From NCBI GenBank assembly GCA_000388065.2, contig KB932213.1: 12,712 nt of DNA; one strand, written 5' to 3'. Both the position numbers and the translations under genes were made by a program. The stretch comes from Fonticula alba ATCC 38817 (Eukaryota; Protista; Nucleariida). Of this stretch, positions 8,053 to 12,712 are shown piece after piece (within the stretch, counting starts at the first letter, position 1; every line of letters starts with the position of its first letter). The notes beneath the pieces are model-generated. The model ran no database searches. It was given only the letters and a program-made list of their open reading frames with translations, and was not told the origin of the DNA.

Positions 8053-8068
8053 GCGCCTGCAACGCACC

Positions 8069-8200
8069 ATGACCGGTCCCCGGCCACCGGCCCCGGGCAG
8101 GAGCCGGCCGCACGCGACCCCCAGCGGCGGCAGCCTCACGCCCCTGGCCTGGCTGCTGGCCGGCCTGGCCCTGCTGGCCGCCGCGGCCACCACGCGCGCC
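8069..8200 (+). other. Predicted signal peptide (long n-region, hydrophobic core, cleavage near TTRA/A)
   Basis: Hydrophobic stretch PLAWLLAGLALLAAAA followed by small residues. Judged by eye, not by a predictor. Confidence 0.7.
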
Positions 8201-10802
8201 GCCCTGCTGCCCACCCCGGCCAGCCTGGAATACCACCTGCTGCGCATCTTCCCCGAAGTCCTCTACCAGGACGTCTCCCTCCGGCGGAACATCCACTTCT
8301 GCGACTTCTTCAACCAGGACACCCTGTCGCCCGGGGCGCCGGACGGCCTGGACGACTTGATCTTCTACGACTCGCACTACGCCTTCGAGACGTCCCCCGA
8401 ACACCGGGCCTCCAGGGATGCCCCCACCCCGGGCGCCCGGTACCCGGTGCACCTTGCCCACGCCGGCGTTCAAACCTTCCACTGCATCACGAAGGTGCCC
8501 TTCCCCCTGGCCCCGTTGACCTACCTCAACACGCGCTACAGCCCGGCCCTTGGCCGCATCCAGGAGATCTTCTACGCCGGCAGCCACAAAACCCTGCACC
8601 AGTCCAACGGGCTGTTCTCCGCGAAGCAAGGCCTGGGCGGCCTCACCCTGCCGGTCCTGATCACCGCCTATCCCATGGGCCCGGACCAGCCCTTCTCCGG
8701 CTTGATGGCCCTCTATTACTCGTATATGGCCTTGATGAATATCAACCTCCTGGACAGCTACAATAGCTACACGGAATACGAAAAGCTCGAAATCGAGGAC
8801 CTACACTCGATCACTGGCGCCGCCTCCGTGGACCTGGACAATGACGGCCTGCCGGAGGCCCTGATCGCCAGCAAGCACCAGGACCTGCCGGAGGACGTCT
8901 ATGTCTTGACGCACCTGAGCCGCTTCCTGGACCCGACCCTGCCGGATCAGGCGCACTGCCTGCAGCGGAGCCTTCTCCAGCTGCCGGCCGGCTTCCTCCC
9001 GGGCAGCATCATCCTCGGCGACTTCGATGGGGATGGCCATGCCTCGGACATTGCCCTCGTCTCGGACCACGGGTCCACCNNNNNNNNNNNNNNNNNNNNN
9101 NNNNNNNNNNNNNNNNNNNNNNNNNNNNNNNNNNNNNNNNNNNNNNNNNNNNNNNNNNNNNNNNNNNNNNNNNNNNNNNNNNNNNNNNNNNNNNNNNNNN
9201 NNNNNNNNNNNNNNNNNNNNNNNNNNNNNNNNNNNNNNNNNNNNNNNNNNNNNNNNNNNNNNNNNNNNNNNNNNTGCACCGGCCCGGCGGCCGACCAGTG
9301 CACCGCCTGCCCGACCGGCCAGCACCTGCTCAATGGCACCTGCGGCACGACTCCGGCGGCCACGGTGACCGTCCGGCCGGAGCCCGGCCCCGGCACGCCG
9401 GCCGTCTACTTCCAGGCCTCCAACTTGGGGAACTTCGGCCCGATGAAACGGCTGGCCGTGGCCAGCCTCTCCTCGGCCACCAACCAGCCCTTCCTCTTCA
9501 ATGACCTGCGAGCCTTTGAGCACCTTCGCCGGGCGGACTTCTCCCCGGCCGGCACCGGTGCCCGTCGCGCCGAGGGCCTTTTAGCCGTGGACACGGAGAA
9601 GCACGTCATGCAGGCCGTGCCGGTCCCCGGGTCCGGGCACTTCACCCTGCAGATGTCGCTGGCGCCGGAAATGCTGGACCTGGTGTTCCGCCGGCTGGCC
9701 GAGTCGCTGCACATGCCCCTGTTTGATGACGAGCTGCTGGAGTGCCTCGGCGACCGGGACAATGCCATCACCTCCGGCACCGGGCGCCTGTGCGACCTGG
9801 CGCTGCGTACCACCCTGAGCCGCAACGCATTGGAATTCGCCCGCCCGACCCCGGACCGGGTCCTGGCCCAGCAGCAGATAATCCTCGGCTCTAGCGGGAT
9901 CTCCCCGGACTCCATGCAAGATGCCTTCGGGGCCTGGCACCCGGTGGACAATCGCCGGGGCCAGGACCGCTGGCTGTCGGTCTCCAAGAGCACCTTCGAC
10001 AGTGTATCCTGCTCGTACCACTGGACCAACCTGCTGACGGTATATATCCAGCCTATCCTGAAGCGCCAGGACTTCCGGCCGGTGGATCTGCCGCCCGGGC
10101 TGATCATGCCCTGCGCCCAGCCGCACTCCCTGCCGCAGGACCCGGCCGGCGTGCACCCGCCGCCGATGCTCCTCTCGGTCGCCGCCCCGGGGCCCAGCAG
10201 TCCGGCCCTGCTCTACCTGTGGCGGTCCACCTCCACGGTCGATGGCCATGCCCGGATGGATGCCCCGGTGCCGCTGCTCCGCGCCGCGGATCTCGGCTAC
10301 CCGCAGGGCACCAGCCCGACCACCTTCCAGCTGGTCATCATGCCGCACACCCTGCGCCACGACCGGGCCGAGCTCTTCTTCTGGGACGGCCAGTGGTTCT
10401 ACTCGGCCGTGCTGACCCTGGCCCCGGACGGCGCGGCCCACCTGTCCGTGCAGCCGGCCGTCCCACAGAGCATGCAGATGCTGTTGCACTTCCAGCAGGC
10501 CAACCCGACCGCCGTGCGCCTCGTCCCGCTGGACGTCGATGGCGATGGCCGGCCCGAGGTGGCGGCCGTCCGCCTGGACACCGGCGGCGTCACCCTCTTC
10601 GCCGAGGCCGGCCCGCACAATGGCTGCGGCGCCGGGGCCCTCGGCACTTGTGTCGAGCCCCGCCCGGCCTGGGCCCCGGGCAACTGCGCCCCCTCCGAGC
10701 CCTGCACCTGGAAGCCCACCAGCCTGCAGGTCGGTGACCTGGCTGCCTGCACCGACGGTGTGGCCGTGCCCGGCGGGCTGCCGTGCGTGCCGTGCGGCTT
10801 CG
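8069..10802 (+). CDS. Gene 2, 3'-incomplete here: surface or secreted protein with signal peptide, FG-GAP-type Ca-binding motifs, FU repeat, globular domain shared with gene 1, Cys-rich segment
   Basis: ATG 8069 in good Kozak context (GCACCATG), then MTGP...LAWLLAGLALLAAAATTRA. Motifs DGLDDLIF (8342), DLDNDGLPE (8831), DFDGDGHASD (9020), DVDGDGRPE (10532). FU repeat CTGPAADQCTACPTG after the 195-nt gap. No stop before the gap at 10803. Confidence 0.85.
9080..9274. other. N-run (195 nt) in gene 2
   Basis: Ns in the sequence. Confidence 1.
9275..10179 (+). repeat. Paralogous segment, copy 2 (homologous to 49-947)
   Basis: See copy 1. 260-324 vs 9486-9550 has 3 mismatches in 65 nt, and 838-947 vs 10070-10179 has 3 mismatches in 110 nt. 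Confidence 0.97.
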
Positions 10803-11788
10803 NNNNNNNNNNNNNNNNNNNNNNNNNNNNNNNNNNNNNNNNNNNNNNNNNNNNNNNNNNNNNNNNNNNNNNNNNNNNNNNNNNNNNNNNNNNNNNNNNN
10901 NNNNNNNNNNNNNNNNNNNNNNNNNNNNNNNNNNNNNNNNNNNNNNNNNNNNNNNNNNNNNNNNNNNNNNNNNNNNNNNNNNNNNNNNNNNNNNNNNNNN
11001 NNNNNNNNNNNNNNNNNNNNNNNNNNNNNNNNNNNNNNNNNNNNNNNNNNNNNNNNNNNNNNNNNNNNNNNNNNNNNNNNNNNNNNNNNNNNNNNNNNNN
11101 NNNNNNNNNNNNNNNNNNNNNNNNNNNNNNNNNNNNNNNNNNNNNNNNNNNNNNNNNNNNNNNNNNNNNNNNNNNNNNNNNNNNNNNNNNNNNNNNNNNN
11201 NNNNNNNNNNNNNNNNNNNNNNNNNNNNNNNNNNNNNNNNNNNNNNNNNNNNNNNNNNNNNNNNNNNNNNNNNNNNNNNNNNNNNNNNNNNNNNNNNNNN
11301 NNNNNNNNNNNNNNNNNNNNNNNNNNNNNNNNNNNNNNNNNNNNNNNNNNNNNNNNNNNNNNNNNNNNNNNNNNNNNNNNNNNNNNNNNNNNNNNNNNNN
11401 NNNNNNNNNNNNNNNNNNNNNNNNNNNNNNNNNNNNNNNNNNNNNNNNNNNNNNNNNNNNNNNNNNNNNNNNNNNNNNNNNNNNNNNNNNNNNNNNNNNN
11501 NNNNNNNNNNNNNNNNNNNNNNNNNNNNNNNNNNNNNNNNNNNNNNNNNNNNNNNNNNNNNNNNNNNNNNNNNNNNNNNNNNNNNNNNNNNNNNNNNNNN
11601 NNNNNNNNNNNNNNNNNNNNNNNNNNNNNNNNNNNNNNNNNNNNNNNNNNNNNNNNNNNNNNNNNNNNNNNNNNNNNNNNNNNNNNNNNNNNNNNNNNNN
11701 NNNNNNNNNNNNNNNNNNNNNNNNNNNNNNNNNNNNNNNNNNNNNNNNNNNNNNNNNNNNNNNNNNNNNNNNNNNNNNNNNNNNNNNN
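10803..11788. other. N-run (986 nt)
   Basis: Ns in the sequence. Confidence 1.
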
Positions 11789-11789
11789 G

Positions 11790-12712
11790 CCCATCTCGCC
11801 GGTGCACCTGGCCGGGCTGCAGCGCGACGCCGGGCCCCACCGGCCGGCGCCGCACCCCGGCGCGGACGTCGGCGCCGCCACCCAGCTGGGCATGGTGGCC
11901 AGCGCGGCGGCCACCCTGGCGCAGATCAACTCCAACCTGGCCCGCGTGATGCCACACATGGCCGGCGTTGTGGTGGCCCCGGCCGACCTGGCCACCCCCC
12001 TGCCGGTGAAGGCCGCCCTCACCGTGACCCTCTATGCCAATGGCCTCCACGAGGAGTCGCCCAGGCTCTCCAGGCACCCGGTGGCGATGTATGACGTGCC
12101 GCTGCCGTACCCGGCCCAGGAGCTGGCCTTCACCCCGGGCCCGGTCCACGGCCAGTACCACTCGGCGGTGCACTCCCTCCGGCGGACCACCACCGGCGAG
12201 CATTTGGTCATCCTGCCCTTCTGGACGACCGCGCACTGGAGCGCCCATGAAGAAACCCAATTCATCATGCTGACCCTGCCCAGCGTGACGCCGCGCCTGA
12301 GCGCGCCGCACCGGGCCCATCGCCCCGGCGAGGCCGCGGCCCTGGCCCTGCCGGCGGCCACGGCCCTGTACCCGGCGCTGGCCGGCACCCCCGGCGACCG
12401 GCCGGCCGTCTTCTTCTTCACCAACAAGTGGCAGAGGCCGGAATTCCTCTTCCTCCAGCCCCCGGGCGATGATGTGCCCCTGCACCAGGCCCTCTACTAC
12501 CAGCAGTCCTTCGACACCGAGCAGATGGTGGCCCTGGTCCGGGCCGATGGCCAGCCGGCCGGCATCGTCATGCAGCCATACGGCTGCCTGGGGTACCAGT
12601 CGCTCAGGGATTTCGACATCGCCGCCGGCAGGAAGACCTTCGTGGCGCCGGCCGGCCTCACGGCCCCGGCCTTCATGGCGGACAACCACTCCGGCCGCCA
12701 GGACTCCGGCTG
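11790..12712 (+). CDS. Partial CDS of 307 codons, open at both ends, absent from the ORF track. Probably the continuation of gene 2, otherwise a third gene. Unknown domain.
   Basis: The frame starting at 11790 reads PISPVHLAGLQRDAG...LTVTLYANGLHEESP...HLVILPFWTTAHW...PAVFFFTNKWQRPEFLFL...DNHSGRQDSG with no stop and the same G/C third-position bias as the other coding parts. The minus-strand ORF ending at 12689 is its in-register shadow. Confidence 0.85.

Noticed and set aside
7868-8068. ORF-track start of gene 2 at 7868 (MPEC...THARTHAR)
   Set aside because: It lies only a few bases after the TATA-like box, so it is probably upstream of the TSS. The extension is translated microsatellite. 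ATG 8069 has better context and precedes a signal peptide.
4321-8068. The many 60-450 aa ORFs in the spacer, including 6890-7861 (poly-Q) and 6901-8247
   Set aside because: Arg/Gly/Pro/Ala-rich, run through homopolymers and microsatellites, lack third-position bias and overlap in all frames, as expected at this GC. The 49-aa METSSHG... ORF (7609-7758) is not excluded but has no support.
11789-12094. Frame-2 C-terminus AHLAGAPGRAAARRR... and stop at 12094
   Set aside because: Shadow frame. The codon-biased frame starts at 11790.

Overview
A very GC-rich window that looks eukaryotic, with four N-runs (948-1816, 2876-3390, 9080-9274, 10803-11788). It holds two tandem, same-strand paralogous genes for large cell-surface proteins, separated by a ~3.7 kb spacer containing one tRNA-Lys(CTT) gene and many simple repeats. 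Gene 1 (<1-4320) is 5'-truncated: furin-like Cys repeat, globular domain, at least 9 more furin-like repeats, a 170-codon Gly/Ser stalk, one TM helix and a 26-aa tail. Gene 2 (probable ATG 8069) has a signal peptide, an FG-GAP-type domain, a furin-like repeat, the same globular domain, a Cys-rich segment and, after the last gap, probably a further domain in a reading frame missing from the ORF track (11790->12712). The strongest signal is the paralog mosaic: nearly identical DNA blocks alternate with highly divergent blocks of exactly conserved length (one 6-nt indel in ~900 nt). A 28-unit (GCAC)n tract also lies between upstream ATGs and the gene 2 start. The overall style recalls a GC-rich protist such as Fonticula alba, but that is an unverified impression.
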